A stretch of DNA of 64,000 nt from Alphaproteobacteria bacterium (GCA_965249135.1 OZ252220.1:1472001-1536000), one strand, 5' to 3'; shown: positions 1 to 10,584, counted from the first letter of the stretch. Translations and numbers: made by a program. The notes: a model not told the origin generated them from the sequence alone.

Positions 1-944
1 ATCCCCATCTGTTCCGCCTTCGACTGCAGGATGCCGAGGCGCAGCTCGTAGGTGGTCGCGTGAATGTCGGCGACGAGCCCCCAGCCCAGCCGCGAGCGCA
101 GCCGTTCTTCCAGCCGATCCAGGTCGGAAGGGGATTTGTCGGCGGAAATGATGATCTGGCGGTTCCGATCGACCAGCGCGTTGAAGGTGTGGAAGAACTC
201 CTCTTGAGTGGCGTCCTTGTCCGCCATGAACTGGACGTCATCGATCATGAGCACGTCGACGGAACGGAACAAGTCCTTGAAAGCCATCGTATTCTTGAAG
301 CGGAGCGCGCGGATGAAGAGGTACATGAACTTCTCGGCCGACAGGTACACGACCTTGCGGGCCGCCTCGCGTTCGCGGATGTGCCAGGCGATCGCGTGCA
401 TGAGATGGGTCTTGCCGAGCCCGACCCCGCCATAAAGAAAGAGGGGGTTGAAGGGCACCTCCTTTGTCTCGACGACGCGACGGGCCGCCGCATGGGCTAA
501 TTCGTTCGGTTTACCGACGACGAAATTATCGAAAGTGAAACGCGGATCGAGAGGGGCGGCGACCTCTTCCAGCGTCCAGGCGCGGTTGCCCGCCGGCAGG
601 CTGACGCTTTCGACGGCGACGCCGGCTTCGGCCGCCACCTGTTCGGCGCCGACTTCCGGGCCCCCCGGCTTCGAGCGCATTCCGCGCACGGTAAAATCGA
701 TGCCGCCGAGGGAGGGATTGCGCGCCGCCCACAATTCACGGATGCGGTCGGCATATTTCGACTGGATCCAGTCGCGCATGAAACGGGTCGGCACGGAAAG
801 CATCACGCCGTCGTTCGAGATGGATTCGATCTCAAGCAGGCTCAGCCAGCTCTTGAAGATCGCTTCGCCGAATTCCGCCTCGAGCTCCTTGCAGACGAGG
901 CCCCATTCCGCGCTGGCAGAGGCGTCCCCGTCCTTCCCGGTCAT
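1..944 (-). CDS. dnaA: Chromosomal replication initiator DnaA (3' part runs off the window)
   Basis: Hand translation from ATG at 944 (GGAGG RBS upstream) gives FKSWL, FTFDNFVVGKPNELA, NPLFLYGGVGLGKTHLMHAI and LMIDDVQF...QEEFFHTFN. Absent from the ORF track because its stop is outside the window. Confidence 0.97.
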   Translation of the reverse strand, partial: MTGKDGDASASAEWGLVCKELEAEFGEAIFKSWLSLLEIESISNDGVMLSVPTRFMRDWIQSKYADRIRELWAARNPSLGGIDFTVRGMRSKPGGPEVGAEQVAAEAGVAVESVSLPAGNRAWTLEEVAAPLDPRFTFDNFVVGKPNELAHAAARRVVETKEVPFNPLFLYGGVGLGKTHLMHAIAWHIREREAARKVVYLSAEKFMYLFIRALRFKNTMAFKDLFRSVDVLMIDDVQFMADKDATQEEFFHTFNALVDRNRQIIISADKSPSDLDRLEERLRSRLGWGLVADIHATTYELRLGILQSKAEQMG

Positions 945-1128
945 GGGCGAGCCTCCAAGGCTTGAGAATCGGGCAAAAACCCAAGGAATTTCAGTGGAAA
1001 AGCTGCCGCCGTTAGGCGGCCCCGGAGGGAAGTAGTGCGGATGGAGGCGGTCTTTGATTCATCTTCGATGTGCAGATTTGCCGATTTGAGCCATGCATTG
1101 CGCTTCGCCCAGAGCGACATGCCCCCCT

Positions 1129-1152
1129 CCCTAAAAACGTCCCTAAAAACGT
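1129..1152. repeat. Perfect 2 x 12-bp tandem repeat CCCTAAAAACGT upstream of dnaA
   Basis: Read directly at 1129-1140 and 1141-1152. Confidence 0.85.
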
Positions 1153-1480
1153 CAGGCGATTTCGAACCGCCCACTTAATTGCACACGAAAAAACTTACCG
1201 GGAAAATTTACAAACGAACTGAAACGTCCTCCCGGAATTTTTGCTTATGTCATCTCCGAAGATTTCGAAACGGCGGCGGTAAAACTTCTCCGCCCACTCA
1301 CCCCGCTCCGCAAAAGAGGGGTAAGACTAGCCACAGTCGGGGCCGTTGGCAACCCGGTCGAAAGGAGAACACAAAAAAATTTTAGCGCTTGACAGGCGCC
1401 GAATTACGTCGCGCAAACGCAATAAGATGACAGCCGCACTACCGGCGCAGCAAGCTCGTCAGGCCCTGATGGATTTCAGG

Positions 1481-1741
1481 TTAAAGCGCTTTGATTCTTG
1501 CCGAGAGGCGCGACAGTTTGCGTGTCGCCGTGTTCTTTTTGATCACTCCCCTCGTCACGCCGCGCATGATTTCCGGCTGCGCCGTGCGGAGCGCTTCGGC
1601 CGCTTCTTTTTTCTTGCCTTCCAGGATCGCCGTCTCGACCTTTTTCAGGAAGGTGCGAACGCGTGTGCGCCGCGCCCGATTGGTCGCGGTCCGTTTTTCG
1701 ATTTGGCGGGCTCGTTTCTTGGCCGATGTCGTATTCGCCAT
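1481..1741 (-). CDS. rpsT: 30S ribosomal protein S20
   Basis: [13 protein letters not shown]...[11 protein letters not shown]; rpsT-dnaA adjacency is typical of Alphaproteobacteria. Confidence 0.97.
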   Translation of the reverse strand: MANTTSAKKRARQIEKRTATNRARRTRVRTFLKKVETAILEGKKKEAAEALRTAQPEIMRGVTRGVIKKNTATRKLSRLSARIKAL

Positions 1742-1816
1742 ACTGGACTTCCGATCCCTTTACCTGAACGCGGGGTTATAGCGTCCCCGTCCCCCGATCG
1801 TCAAGGCAGGGCAGGT

Positions 1817-2590
1817 CTAGCGGTGCTTCCATTGCGGGCTTCGCTTGTCGACGAAGGCCGCCATCCCCTCCTCACGGTCCTCGGTGGCCAGGGTGAGGTT
1901 GAAGAGGCGGTGCTCGAGCGTGCGGCCCGCCTGCAGCGACGTCTCGTAAGCGGCGTTCACCGCCTCCTTCGCCATCCGCGTAACGGGGAGCGAGAGGGAG
2001 GCGATCTTCTCCCCCAGTTTCACCGCCTCATCGACCAGCGCCGCCGCCGGCACGACGCGGGTGGCAAGGCCGGTGCGTTCGGCTTCTTCTGCTTCCATCA
2101 TCCGTCCGGTCAGACACATTTCCATCGCCTTCGACTTGCCGATGACGCGGGTCAGCCGTTGGGTGCCGCCGGCGCCCGGCATCGTACCGATCGTGATTTC
2201 CGGCAGTCCCAGTTTCGCGGTGTCGGCAACGATCAGGATGTCGCACATCATCGCGATTTCGAGTCCTCCGCCTAGCGCATAACCCGCCACCGCGGCAATC
2301 GTCGGCTTGTTGCAACGGGAAACGCATTCCCAGTCATTCGTGAAGGTCACCGCATGGGCTTCTGCCGGTGTCATTTGACGAAGCTCTTTGATATCCGCGC
2401 CGGCGGCGAAGGCCTTCTCGCTGCCGGTCAGCACGATTGCCCCGATCCCGTCATCCGCCATGAAGCCATCCAGGGCTTGGCTCACCTCGGCGATCAGCGC
2501 CCGGCAAAGCGCGTTCAGCGCGTTGGGCCGGTTCAGCACGATCAACCCGACTCGACCACGGGTTTCGACGCGAATGTTTTCGTATGCCAT
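1817..2590 (-). CDS. Enoyl-CoA hydratase (crotonase family)
   Basis: LNRPNALNAL, AFAAGADIKE, AVAGYALGGGLEIAMMCD, PEITIGTMPGAGGTQRL. Confidence 0.93.
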   Translation of the reverse strand: MAYENIRVETRGRVGLIVLNRPNALNALCRALIAEVSQALDGFMADDGIGAIVLTGSEKAFAAGADIKELRQMTPAEAHAVTFTNDWECVSRCNKPTIAAVAGYALGGGLEIAMMCDILIVADTAKLGLPEITIGTMPGAGGTQRLTRVIGKSKAMEMCLTGRMMEAEEAERTGLATRVVPAAALVDEAVKLGEKIASLSLPVTRMAKEAVNAAYETSLQAGRTLEHRLFNLTLATEDREEGMAAFVDKRSPQWKHR

Positions 2591-2623
2591 CGATCACTCC
2601 TGTCTGTTTCCGGCTGCCTCTGC

Positions 2624-3031
2624 CTAGTTCGGTGAGAGGGAAAAACGAACGCGCAGAGGCTTATCGTTTGCTTCGAATTCGATGCGAAGCACCTCGCCCT
2701 CGCGATGAAAGGTGGCCTTTCCTTCGAGCGTCCAACCGAGCTGGGGAAGGGTGTTCGCATAAAAATCGAGGACGTCGGCCTCGGACACCTCTCCTTCTGC
2801 AAGCGAGATGATGATGCGTCCGGCCGGCTTGTCGAAGACGACGCCGGCCTCTTCGAGTTCGGTGAGTTCCCGCATCAGGGGGAGGTCCTGGATGCCGCGC
2901 AAGTAAGCGCGGGAGACTTCCGCCGCTTCCGCGAGCGGCGCGGCACCTGCCACCGAGAGAGCCGCCGCCACAAGAAGCGCACACCCGATGCCCTGGCAAA
3001 TCCGTCGAAGCGAAACCGCAGCTGCGTACAT
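2624..3031 (-). CDS. Small exported hypothetical protein
   Basis: Signal-peptide-like N-terminus, then DLPLM...FDKPAGRII...FYANTLPQLGW; co-oriented between mutM and the hydratase. Confidence 0.7.
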   Translation of the reverse strand: MYAAAVSLRRICQGIGCALLVAAALSVAGAAPLAEAAEVSRAYLRGIQDLPLMRELTELEEAGVVFDKPAGRIIISLAEGEVSEADVLDFYANTLPQLGWTLEGKATFHREGEVLRIEFEANDKPLRVRFSLSPN

Positions 3032-3044
3032 GATTTACGTTCCT

Positions 3045-3875
3045 CTAGCGCTGACGCTTTGGACAATAATACGTCGAACGTCCCGCCTGCCGGCAACGCC
3101 GGACCCCACCTTCGCAGTCGCAGGCAGGGCAGCGAAGCCCCTCCCGATCATAAACCGCGAAATGGTGCTGAAAATAGCCAAGCTCGCCGGACGGTTGCGC
3201 ATGATCCCGAAGGGAGGAGCCGCCAGCCGCAATTGCCTGGTCAAGGACGCGCCGGATGGCGTCGGCCAGCTTCCTGGCGCGCCCGCCGCGGACCGAAGAT
3301 GCGCGCCTTCTAGGAGAAAGCCCCGACCAATAGAGGCTTTCACACACATAAATGTTGCCAAGGCCGGCAACGACGTGCTGGTCGAGAAGGACCGTCTTCA
3401 AAGGCCCCTTTCGCCGCTCTAACCTTTCCATGAGGCACGCCGCCCCGAAGCCTTCGGAAAGGGGGTCCGGGCCCATCTCTTTAAGCAGAGGATGGGCGGC
3501 AAGGCTAGCCGCATCGCTCAAGGCGAAAAGCCCGAAACGCCGCGGATCGCTGAATCGGATCCACATCCCCGCTTCCGTCTCGAAATCGACATGGTCGTGG
3601 GAGGAAGGGGCGGGGGGCGCGCCCTGAAAGAGCGCCATCCGGCCCGACATGCCTAGATGCTGCAAGACGACGGTGCCGTCCTCGAAATGCCAAAGCAAGT
3701 ATTTGCCGCGACGCGTGAGTTCCTGCACGCGCTTGTCTTCGAGACGGGATGCGAAATCCAGCGGGATCGGCCTTCGAAGATCGCCGCGTCGAACGATGAC
3801 GCCCGCCAGGCGATGGCCTTCAAGATAGGGCTGCAAGCCGCGGCGGACGGTTTCGACTTCCGGAAGTTCGGGCAT
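3045..3875 (-). CDS. mutM: Formamidopyrimidine-DNA glycosylase
   Basis: True start MPELPEVET; RRGKYL, HLGMSG, DPRRFG, GLGNIY and C-terminal zinc finger. Confidence 0.97.
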   Translation of the reverse strand: MPELPEVETVRRGLQPYLEGHRLAGVIVRRGDLRRPIPLDFASRLEDKRVQELTRRGKYLLWHFEDGTVVLQHLGMSGRMALFQGAPPAPSSHDHVDFETEAGMWIRFSDPRRFGLFALSDAASLAAHPLLKEMGPDPLSEGFGAACLMERLERRKGPLKTVLLDQHVVAGLGNIYVCESLYWSGLSPRRRASSVRGGRARKLADAIRRVLDQAIAAGGSSLRDHAQPSGELGYFQHHFAVYDREGLRCPACDCEGGVRRCRQAGRSTYYCPKRQR

Positions 3876-3926
3876 GATCCGGCAAGGTAGCGCCTTCCCA
3901 GGCGCTCGGCTATCTTCACCAACGGA

Positions 3927-4724
3927 ATGGAAACGGAAAGGCCGAACGACGGCGGCGAAGAGACGACCGATTTCGGGTTTCGCCGGGTGCCGCCAGCGGC
4001 GAAAACGAAACTCGTCGACGACGTCTTCGCCCGGGTCGCATCGCGCTACGACCTCATGAACGATCTTATGAGCGGCGGCATCCACCGCCTATGGAAACGC
4101 GTGCTCATCGACCATCTCAACCCGCGGCCAGGCATGCGCCTTCTCGACGTGGCGGGAGGGACGGGCGACATCGCCTTTCGTTTTTTGGATCGCGCCCAGG
4201 CGACGGCGAAGGGACGTGACGAGCCGGCAGACACCGAAGCCTTCATCTGCGATCGCAACGAAGCGATGCTGCGCATCGGAGCGAACCGTGCCATCGACCG
4301 GGGACATTTGCGCGGCCTTCGATGGATCGATGGCGATGCGGAAGCGTTGCCCATCGCATCGGCAAGCGTGGATGCCTACGTCATCTCGTTTGGGCTTCGC
4401 AACGTCACGCGGATCGATGCGGCGCTGGAGGAGGCGGCGCGCGTGCTGAAACCCGGCGGACATTTTCTCTGCCTGGAGTTCAGCCGGGTCCTTCTGCCGG
4501 GACTAGCCGGGCTTTATGACGCCTACTCCTTTCACGTGATTCCGCTTCTAGGCCAGATCGTCGCCAAGGACCGGGAGGCCTATCGCTACCTCGTCGAAAG
4601 CATTCGCCGCTTTCCTTCGCAGGAAGATTTAAGCGCACGCCTTCGCGCCACCGGCCTTAAGCGGGTGCGGGTGCGCAACCTGTCTGGCGGCATCGCCGCC
4701 ATCCACTCGGCCTGGCGCGTGTGA
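3927..4724 (+). CDS. ubiE: Ubiquinone/menaquinone C-methyltransferase UbiE
   Basis: VASRYDLMNDLMSGGIHRLWK, LDVAGGTGDIA, FGLRNVT, YLVESIRRFP. Confidence 0.95.
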   Translation: METERPNDGGEETTDFGFRRVPPAAKTKLVDDVFARVASRYDLMNDLMSGGIHRLWKRVLIDHLNPRPGMRLLDVAGGTGDIAFRFLDRAQATAKGRDEPADTEAFICDRNEAMLRIGANRAIDRGHLRGLRWIDGDAEALPIASASVDAYVISFGLRNVTRIDAALEEAARVLKPGGHFLCLEFSRVLLPGLAGLYDAYSFHVIPLLGQIVAKDREAYRYLVESIRRFPSQEDLSARLRATGLKRVRVRNLSGGIAAIHSAWRV

Positions 4725-4857
4725 GCTTTCTGAAAAAACAGGGAATCGCCAGGGAATCGAACGCCTTAAAATGGCTCCTTGTCTGTCCCCGCACCGCCCC
4801 ATACATTAATAACGACTTTCTTTCGTAGTTTATCGCCTTTCACACGCAAAGCCCCTC

Positions 4858-6060
4858 ATGCTCGACGGCAAGCGCATTTTGCTCATCGTTTCTGGCGGCA
4901 TCGCCGCCTACAAGGCCCTCGACCTCATCCGCCGGTTGAAGGAGCGGGGAGCAAGCGTGCGCGCCATCCTGACGAAGGGCGGGGCGGAATTCGTAACCCC
5001 GCTTTCCATCGCGGCCTTAAGCGGCGAGAAGGTCTATCAGGACCTCTTCTCACTGACGGATGAAAGCGAGATGGGCCATATCCGGCTTTCCCGCGAGGCG
5101 GATCTTATCGTCGTCGCGCCGGCAAGCGCGGACCTGCTGGCCCGGATGGTGGCCGGCATCGCAGACGACCTGGCAACGACGGCGCTTTTGGCGACCGACA
5201 AGCCGGTGCTGGTGGCGCCCGCCATGAACGTGGAAATGTGGGCGAATGCCGCTACGCAAGCGAATCTGGCGCTGTTGGAGGCCCGTGGTCTCCTTCGCAT
5301 CGGGCCTGCCGCCGGCGATTTGGCCTGTGGCGAGACGGGCCCCGGCCGGATGGTGGAAGCGGCCGAAATCTTGAGCGCGATCGCGCATTTCTTCGAACGC
5401 CCGACTCCCCTTCATGGGCGGCGCGCGCTGGTGACCAGCGGCCCCACCCACGAGCCGATCGACCCCGTGCGCTACCTCTCGAACCGCTCCTCCGGCAAGC
5501 AGGGCCATGCGATCGCGAGCGCGCTGGCCCGGCTCGGTGCGGAGACGGTGCTGGTGACGGGCCCGACGCGGCAGACGCCGCCGCCGCTCGTGCGCGTGCG
5601 TGCCGTGACGACGGCCGAAGAAATGCTCGCCGCCTGCACGGACGAACTGCCGGTCGAAATCGCCATTTGTGCGGCCGCCGTCGCCGACTGGCGGCCCATC
5701 GCCAAGCCGAACCAAAAGCTCAAGAAGGATGGGCGTCCGCCCGTGTTTGAGCTTCAGGAGACCCCGGATATCCTGGCACATTTAAGCGCATCCGGACCCC
5801 ACCGCCCGAACCTTGTCATCGGCTTTGCCGCCGAGACCGAGAACCTGATTGCGAACGCCGAGGCGAAACGCGCACGCAAGGGCTGTGACTGGATGCTGGC
5901 GAACGACGTCTCCGATGACAGCGGAACGCTCGGCGGTGATCTCAACACGATCCACTTCCTCTCACCGGACGGGGTCGAAGACTGGCCGACCCAAAGCAAG
6001 GACGCCGTCGCCGGCGCGCTAGCCGAGCGCATCGTCGCCCATTTCGAAGGCAGCGCATGA
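4858..6060 (+). CDS. coaBC: Phosphopantothenoylcysteine decarboxylase/ligase CoaBC
   Basis: [58 protein letters not shown]. Confidence 0.96.
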   Translation: MLDGKRILLIVSGGIAAYKALDLIRRLKERGASVRAILTKGGAEFVTPLSIAALSGEKVYQDLFSLTDESEMGHIRLSREADLIVVAPASADLLARMVAGIADDLATTALLATDKPVLVAPAMNVEMWANAATQANLALLEARGLLRIGPAAGDLACGETGPGRMVEAAEILSAIAHFFERPTPLHGRRALVTSGPTHEPIDPVRYLSNRSSGKQGHAIASALARLGAETVLVTGPTRQTPPPLVRVRAVTTAEEMLAACTDELPVEIAICAAAVADWRPIAKPNQKLKKDGRPPVFELQETPDILAHLSASGPHRPNLVIGFAAETENLIANAEAKRARKGCDWMLANDVSDDSGTLGGDLNTIHFLSPDGVEDWPTQSKDAVAGALAERIVAHFEGSA

Positions 6061-6527
6061 GTCCGATCCCGGTGACGATTGAACGCCTTCCCCACGGCAA
6101 GGACCTTGACCTGCCGACTTACGCAACGGATTTAAGCGCCGGCGTCGACTTGATGGCGGCGAACCGCGAGGCGCTGACGCTCTTGCCCGGCGAACGGACG
6201 CTGGTGCCCACCGGCATCCGGATCGCGCTTCCGGAGGGCTTCGAAGCGCAAGTCAGGCCACGATCCGGCCTTGCCCTTCGCCACGGCATCACCGTCCTCA
6301 ACGGCCCCGGCACGATCGACGCCGACTACCGTGGCGAGATCGCCGTCCTGCTCGTCAATCTGGGGGACGCCACCTTTACGGTCGAACGGGGCATGCGGAT
6401 CGCCCAGCTGGTCGTTGCGGCCGTCGCCCGCGTCGCTTGGCAAGAGGCGCCGGCGCTCTCGACGAGCGAGCGGGGCGAGGGCGGCTTCGGCTCGACCGGC
6501 CTTCACGTCAAACGGGCAGGCGAGTGA
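6057..6527 (+). CDS. dut: dUTP pyrophosphatase
   Basis: [39 protein letters not shown]. Confidence 0.97.
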   Translation: MSPIPVTIERLPHGKDLDLPTYATDLSAGVDLMAANREALTLLPGERTLVPTGIRIALPEGFEAQVRPRSGLALRHGITVLNGPGTIDADYRGEIAVLLVNLGDATFTVERGMRIAQLVVAAVARVAWQEAPALSTSERGEGGFGSTGLHVKRAGE

Positions 6528-6979
6528 TGCGGATATCGAAGAAACTGCTCTTCGCCCTCGAAGCCGTTCTCGACATCGCCTACCATTCCGGCGGCGAGCC
6601 GGTGCAATCGAGCGAGATTACCCGTCGCCAGAAGATCCCGAAGCGCTACCTCGAGCAGGTCCTGCAGCAGCTGGTGCGCGGCGGCATCCTGACGGGCGTT
6701 CGCGGCCCACGCGGCGGCTACCGTCTGGCGCGGGAGCGAAGGCGCATTTCGCTTGGCGAGATCACGCGCACGGTGCGCACGCTCGAGACGGCCCAAGACC
6801 CGTTGCAGGATTCTTCCGGCTCCGAGCTCGGCCACCGGATCTTACGGCCGCTTTGGACGGAGCTTTTGGATGAGACGATGACGAGGCTCGACTCGATCAC
6901 CATCGAAGACCTTTGCACCCGGGCGAACATGGCCCGTATCGCAAAGGAGGTGGAGGAGAAGGTCGATTTCACGATTTGA
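6527..6979 (+). CDS. Rrf2-family transcriptional regulator (CymR-like, lacks the Fe-S cysteine triad)
   Basis: YLEQVLQQL...GVRGPRGGYRLAR; ATG overlaps the dut stop; directly upstream of cysK; ends DFTI. Confidence 0.9.
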   Translation: MRISKKLLFALEAVLDIAYHSGGEPVQSSEITRRQKIPKRYLEQVLQQLVRGGILTGVRGPRGGYRLARERRRISLGEITRTVRTLETAQDPLQDSSGSELGHRILRPLWTELLDETMTRLDSITIEDLCTRANMARIAKEVEEKVDFTI

Positions 6980-7057
6980 TTTTCGTGGGCCGAGCGCCCA
7001 AATAACATATGCAAGTTGTAATTAGAAATTATTAACATAATTTTAGGGTGAAAATAG

Positions 7058-8038
7058 ATGTCAGGGGCCAAGCTTTCCGGTTACGACGCCAATCAGGCGG
7101 GGCGGGGACGAATCTACGAAAACTTTCTGGATACGATCGGCAGCACGCCTCTCGTCCGCATCCAGAAATTCGCCGAAGCCCATGGTTGTGCGGCGGACCT
7201 CGTCTGCAAGCTCGAATTCTTCAACCCGCTTGCCTCCGTCAAGGACCGGATCGGGCTTGCGATGATCGAAGCGGCGGAAAAGGAGGGCCGGGTTAAGCCC
7301 GGCGCCATCTTCATCGAGCCCACCTCGGGCAACACCGGGATTGCGCTTGCCTTCGTCTGTGCGGCGAAGGGCTATCGTCTCATCCTCACGATGCCGGAAA
7401 GCATGTCGATGGAACGAAGGAAGATGTTGCAATTGCTCGGCGCGGAACTTGAATTGACGCCGGCAGCAAAGGGCATGAAAGGCGCGGTGGCACGCGCCGA
7501 AGAGCTGTTGGAGCAGACGCCGGAAATGGTCATGCTGCAGCAATTCAAGAACGCGGCGAATCCGGAAATTCACCGGCGCACGACGGCGGAAGAGATCTGG
7601 GACGACACGGATGGCAAGGTCGACGTCGTCATCAGCGGCGTCGGTACGGGCGGCACGCTCACCGGCGTCGGCGAAGTCCTAAAAGAACGCAAGCCCGGCA
7701 TCAAGATGGTCGCCGTGGAGCCGGAAGACAGCCCCGTGCTTAGCTGCGGCGCACCGGGACCCCACAAGATTCAAGGAATCGGCGCCGGATTCGTGCCGGA
7801 GATTCTCGACGAGAAACTGATCGACGAGGTCGTGCAGATCGGCAATGAGACCGCCTTCATGCTGGCCCGGGACATTGCCCGCGTCGAGGGCATGCCGGTT
7901 GGCATCTCTTCCGGTGCTGCCCTTGCCGCCGGCCTCGAAATTGGCTCGCGGCCCGGCATGGAAGGCAAGATGATCGTCATCATCATCCCCTCCTTTGCCG
8001 AACGCTACCTCTCGACGGCGCTGTTCGAAGGGCTTTGA
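7058..8038 (+). CDS. cysK: Cysteine synthase A (O-acetylserine sulfhydrylase)
   Basis: [52 protein letters not shown]. Confidence 0.96.
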   Translation: MSGAKLSGYDANQAGRGRIYENFLDTIGSTPLVRIQKFAEAHGCAADLVCKLEFFNPLASVKDRIGLAMIEAAEKEGRVKPGAIFIEPTSGNTGIALAFVCAAKGYRLILTMPESMSMERRKMLQLLGAELELTPAAKGMKGAVARAEELLEQTPEMVMLQQFKNAANPEIHRRTTAEEIWDDTDGKVDVVISGVGTGGTLTGVGEVLKERKPGIKMVAVEPEDSPVLSCGAPGPHKIQGIGAGFVPEILDEKLIDEVVQIGNETAFMLARDIARVEGMPVGISSGAALAAGLEIGSRPGMEGKMIVIIIPSFAERYLSTALFEGL

Positions 8039-8063
8039 GCAAAAAAGGGTTGGGACTTAAAGG

Positions 8064-8873
8064 ATGGCCTTCAACGAAGAGCAGGTCCAACGTTACGCCC
8101 GCCACATCGTCCTTCGGGAAGTGGGCGCGAAGGGGCAGGAAAGGCTTTCGAACGCGAAGGTCCTGGTGGTGGGCGCGGGCGGCCTTGGTTCGCCGAGCCT
8201 GCTTTACCTTGCCGCCGCAGGCGTGGGAACGATTGGCATCGTCGATGACGACGTCGTCGATTTAAGCAATCTCCAGCGGCAGATCGTCCATCCTACCAGC
8301 CGCATCGGCGTTGCGAAGGTGGAGAGCGCCGCCGAGACCCTGGCCGAGGTGAACCCGAACGTTCGCGTCGTCTGCCACGGCGAACACTTAGGGGCCGGCA
8401 ACGTGCGCACGCTTTTCAAGGACTACGATTTGATCGCGGACGGCAGCGACAATTTTCCGACCCGCTTCTTAGTGAACGACGCCTGTTATTTTCTGCGCAA
8501 GCCGTTGGTCACGGCGGCCGTCCTTCGCTTCGACGGCCAGCTTGCGACCTTCCGCGCCTATGAGGAAGGGAACCACCCCTGCTACCGCTGCATCTTCCGC
8601 GAACCGCCGCCGCCCGGCACCGTGCCGAACTGTGCGGAAGGCGGCGTGTTCGGGGCGGTCGCCGGCGTGATGGGCACGATCCAAGCGACGGAGGTCGTCA
8701 AGGAACTGCTCGGCATCGGCGAAAGCCTGGACGGGCATATGTTGATTTACGATGGCCTCGAGGGCAGCTTTAGAAAGATCGCGATTGCGCGCGACAAGGG
8801 CTGTCCGCTTTGCGGGGACAAGCCTACGATCCACGAGATCGAGGGGTTAAGCGTCGACGCCTGCGCCAGCTGA
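8064..8873 (+). CDS. moeB: MoeB/ThiF-family adenylyltransferase
   Basis: RYARHI, VVGAGGLGSP, VDLSNLQRQ, CYRC and CPLC zinc pairs. Confidence 0.88.
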   Translation: MAFNEEQVQRYARHIVLREVGAKGQERLSNAKVLVVGAGGLGSPSLLYLAAAGVGTIGIVDDDVVDLSNLQRQIVHPTSRIGVAKVESAAETLAEVNPNVRVVCHGEHLGAGNVRTLFKDYDLIADGSDNFPTRFLVNDACYFLRKPLVTAAVLRFDGQLATFRAYEEGNHPCYRCIFREPPPPGTVPNCAEGGVFGAVAGVMGTIQATEVVKELLGIGESLDGHMLIYDGLEGSFRKIAIARDKGCPLCGDKPTIHEIEGLSVDACAS

Positions 8874-8895
8874 TCAAGCCGAAACGAAACGAAGT

Positions 8896-9882
8896 TTAGC
8901 TTTCCGTTCCGATCACCCGGTCCGGGGGCGAGTGGCCATCCACGAAGGTCTTGATGTTGACGAGCACCTTCTCTCCCATGTCGATCCTACCCTCCAGCGT
9001 CGCCGAGGCCATGTGCGGCAGCAGAACGACGTTGTCGAGTTTGAGAAGCTTGGGATTGATGGCGGGTTCGTGTTCGAAGACGTCGAGGCCGGCACCGGCA
9101 AGCTCGCCGCGCTCGAGCATCCGGGTGAGCGCATTCTCGTCCACCACCTCGCCCCTTGCCGTGTTCACGATATAGGCCTCGCGGCGCATCAGCTTCAGCC
9201 GCCTTGCCGAAAGCAGGTGATAGGTCGCCGGCGTGTGGGGGCAATTGATGGAAATGATGTCCATATGGGCGAGCATCTGGTCGAGGCTTTCCCAGTAGGT
9301 GGCTTCGAGTTCCCGTTCCGCCGCCTCCGGCAACTGATGGCGGTTGTGGTAATGGATGGAAAGCCCGAAACCACGGGCCCTGCGGGCGACGGCGGAGCCG
9401 ACCCGGCCCATGCCGAGGATGCCGAGGCGCTTGCCCCCGATGCGGTGGCCGAGCATCCAGGTCGGGCTCCATCCCTGCCATTCGCCGGACCGGATGATGC
9501 GCTCTCCCTCGGCCAGGCGTCGCGGCACGGCGAGGATGAGCACCATCGTCATGTCGGCGGTGTCCTCGGTCAGCACGCCCGGCGTGTTCGTGACCGTGAT
9601 CCCGCGCTGGCGCGCGGAGCCGAGGTCGATGTGATCGACGCCGGCGCCGAAGGAGGCGATCAGGCGCAAATTCGGCCCAGCATGGGCTAGGACGCCGGAA
9701 TCGATGCGATCCGTGACGGTCGGAACGAGAACGTCGGCCTTTTCGACCGCGCCAACCAGCTCGCCCTGGCTTAAGGCATGGTCGTCGAGGTTCAATTGCG
9801 CCTCGAACAGCTCCATCATCCGCGTCTCAATCGGATCCGGAAGCTTCCGTGTCACCACCACCAAAGGCTTTTTCGGGGCCAT
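8896..9882 (-). CDS. D-2-hydroxyacid (D-glycerate/glyoxylate) dehydrogenase
   Basis: Start MAPKKPLVVVTRKLP; NTPGVLTEDTAD, GILGMGRVG, NTARG, LDVFEHEP, LPHMAS. Confidence 0.92.
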   Translation of the reverse strand: MAPKKPLVVVTRKLPDPIETRMMELFEAQLNLDDHALSQGELVGAVEKADVLVPTVTDRIDSGVLAHAGPNLRLIASFGAGVDHIDLGSARQRGITVTNTPGVLTEDTADMTMVLILAVPRRLAEGERIIRSGEWQGWSPTWMLGHRIGGKRLGILGMGRVGSAVARRARGFGLSIHYHNRHQLPEAAERELEATYWESLDQMLAHMDIISINCPHTPATYHLLSARRLKLMRREAYIVNTARGEVVDENALTRMLERGELAGAGLDVFEHEPAINPKLLKLDNVVLLPHMASATLEGRIDMGEKVLVNIKTFVDGHSPPDRVIGTES

Positions 9883-10071
9883 TCGCTTCATTACTCCTCG
9901 ATTTGGAGCCTCCCATAGCAAGTATATTACAGCCTTGTCCACCGCCTGTCCCCGACGACACTCTTGCCACCAGCAGACGCTTTTCCAAGCCGGGCGCGCC
10001 ACTTGACCGGCCTGCTTTCTCCCTTATCTAATGGACGCACAATTTCGATCCTGGTTCGGGCAAGTATCGCC

Positions 10072-10572
10072 ATGCGTTCCTTCCATTCCGTTTTCACCGC
10101 AAGCCTTGTCCTTACGCTAGTCGCAACCTTGTTCGGTCCTGCGCTGGCCGCGACGGGACTGCCGCTTCCCAGATATGTGAGTCTGCGCGCTTCGGAAGTG
10201 AACGTGCGCACCGGACCCGGCGTGCGCTATCCCGTCGATTGGGTGTTTCATCGCTATGGCCTGCCGGTCGAAATCGTCGCGGAATTCGATACCTGGCGAA
10301 AGATCCGGGATGCGGAGGGAACGGAAGGCTGGGTCCACCAGAGCTTGCTTTCCGGCAAGCGAACCATCCTGGTGACCGGTAAGGTACGCACGCTTTACCG
10401 GAGGCCCTCGATGGCGGCGAAAGCGGTGGCAAAAGCAGAAGCAAACGTCGTCGGCAAGCTTGTCAACTGCCCGGAGAAATCCGAATGGTGCCGCGTCGAT
10501 GTCGGCGCCTATGAAGGCTGGCTCAAGCGAAGCAATTTCTGGGGCGTCTACCCAAACGAAATCATCAAATAG
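10072..10572 (+). CDS. Exported bacterial SH3-domain protein
   Basis: Signal peptide; TGLPLPRYVSL, VNVRTGPG, WRKIRD..G..GWVH; second SH3 repeat. Confidence 0.88.
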   Translation: MRSFHSVFTASLVLTLVATLFGPALAATGLPLPRYVSLRASEVNVRTGPGVRYPVDWVFHRYGLPVEIVAEFDTWRKIRDAEGTEGWVHQSLLSGKRTILVTGKVRTLYRRPSMAAKAVAKAEANVVGKLVNCPEKSEWCRVDVGAYEGWLKRSNFWGVYPNEIIK

Positions 10573-10584
10573 GAAGCGAAGACT

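Noticed and set aside
945-1480. oriC in the dnaA-rpsT intergenic region
   Set aside because: No TTATCCACA-type box cluster seen, and alphaproteobacterial origins are often away from dnaA.
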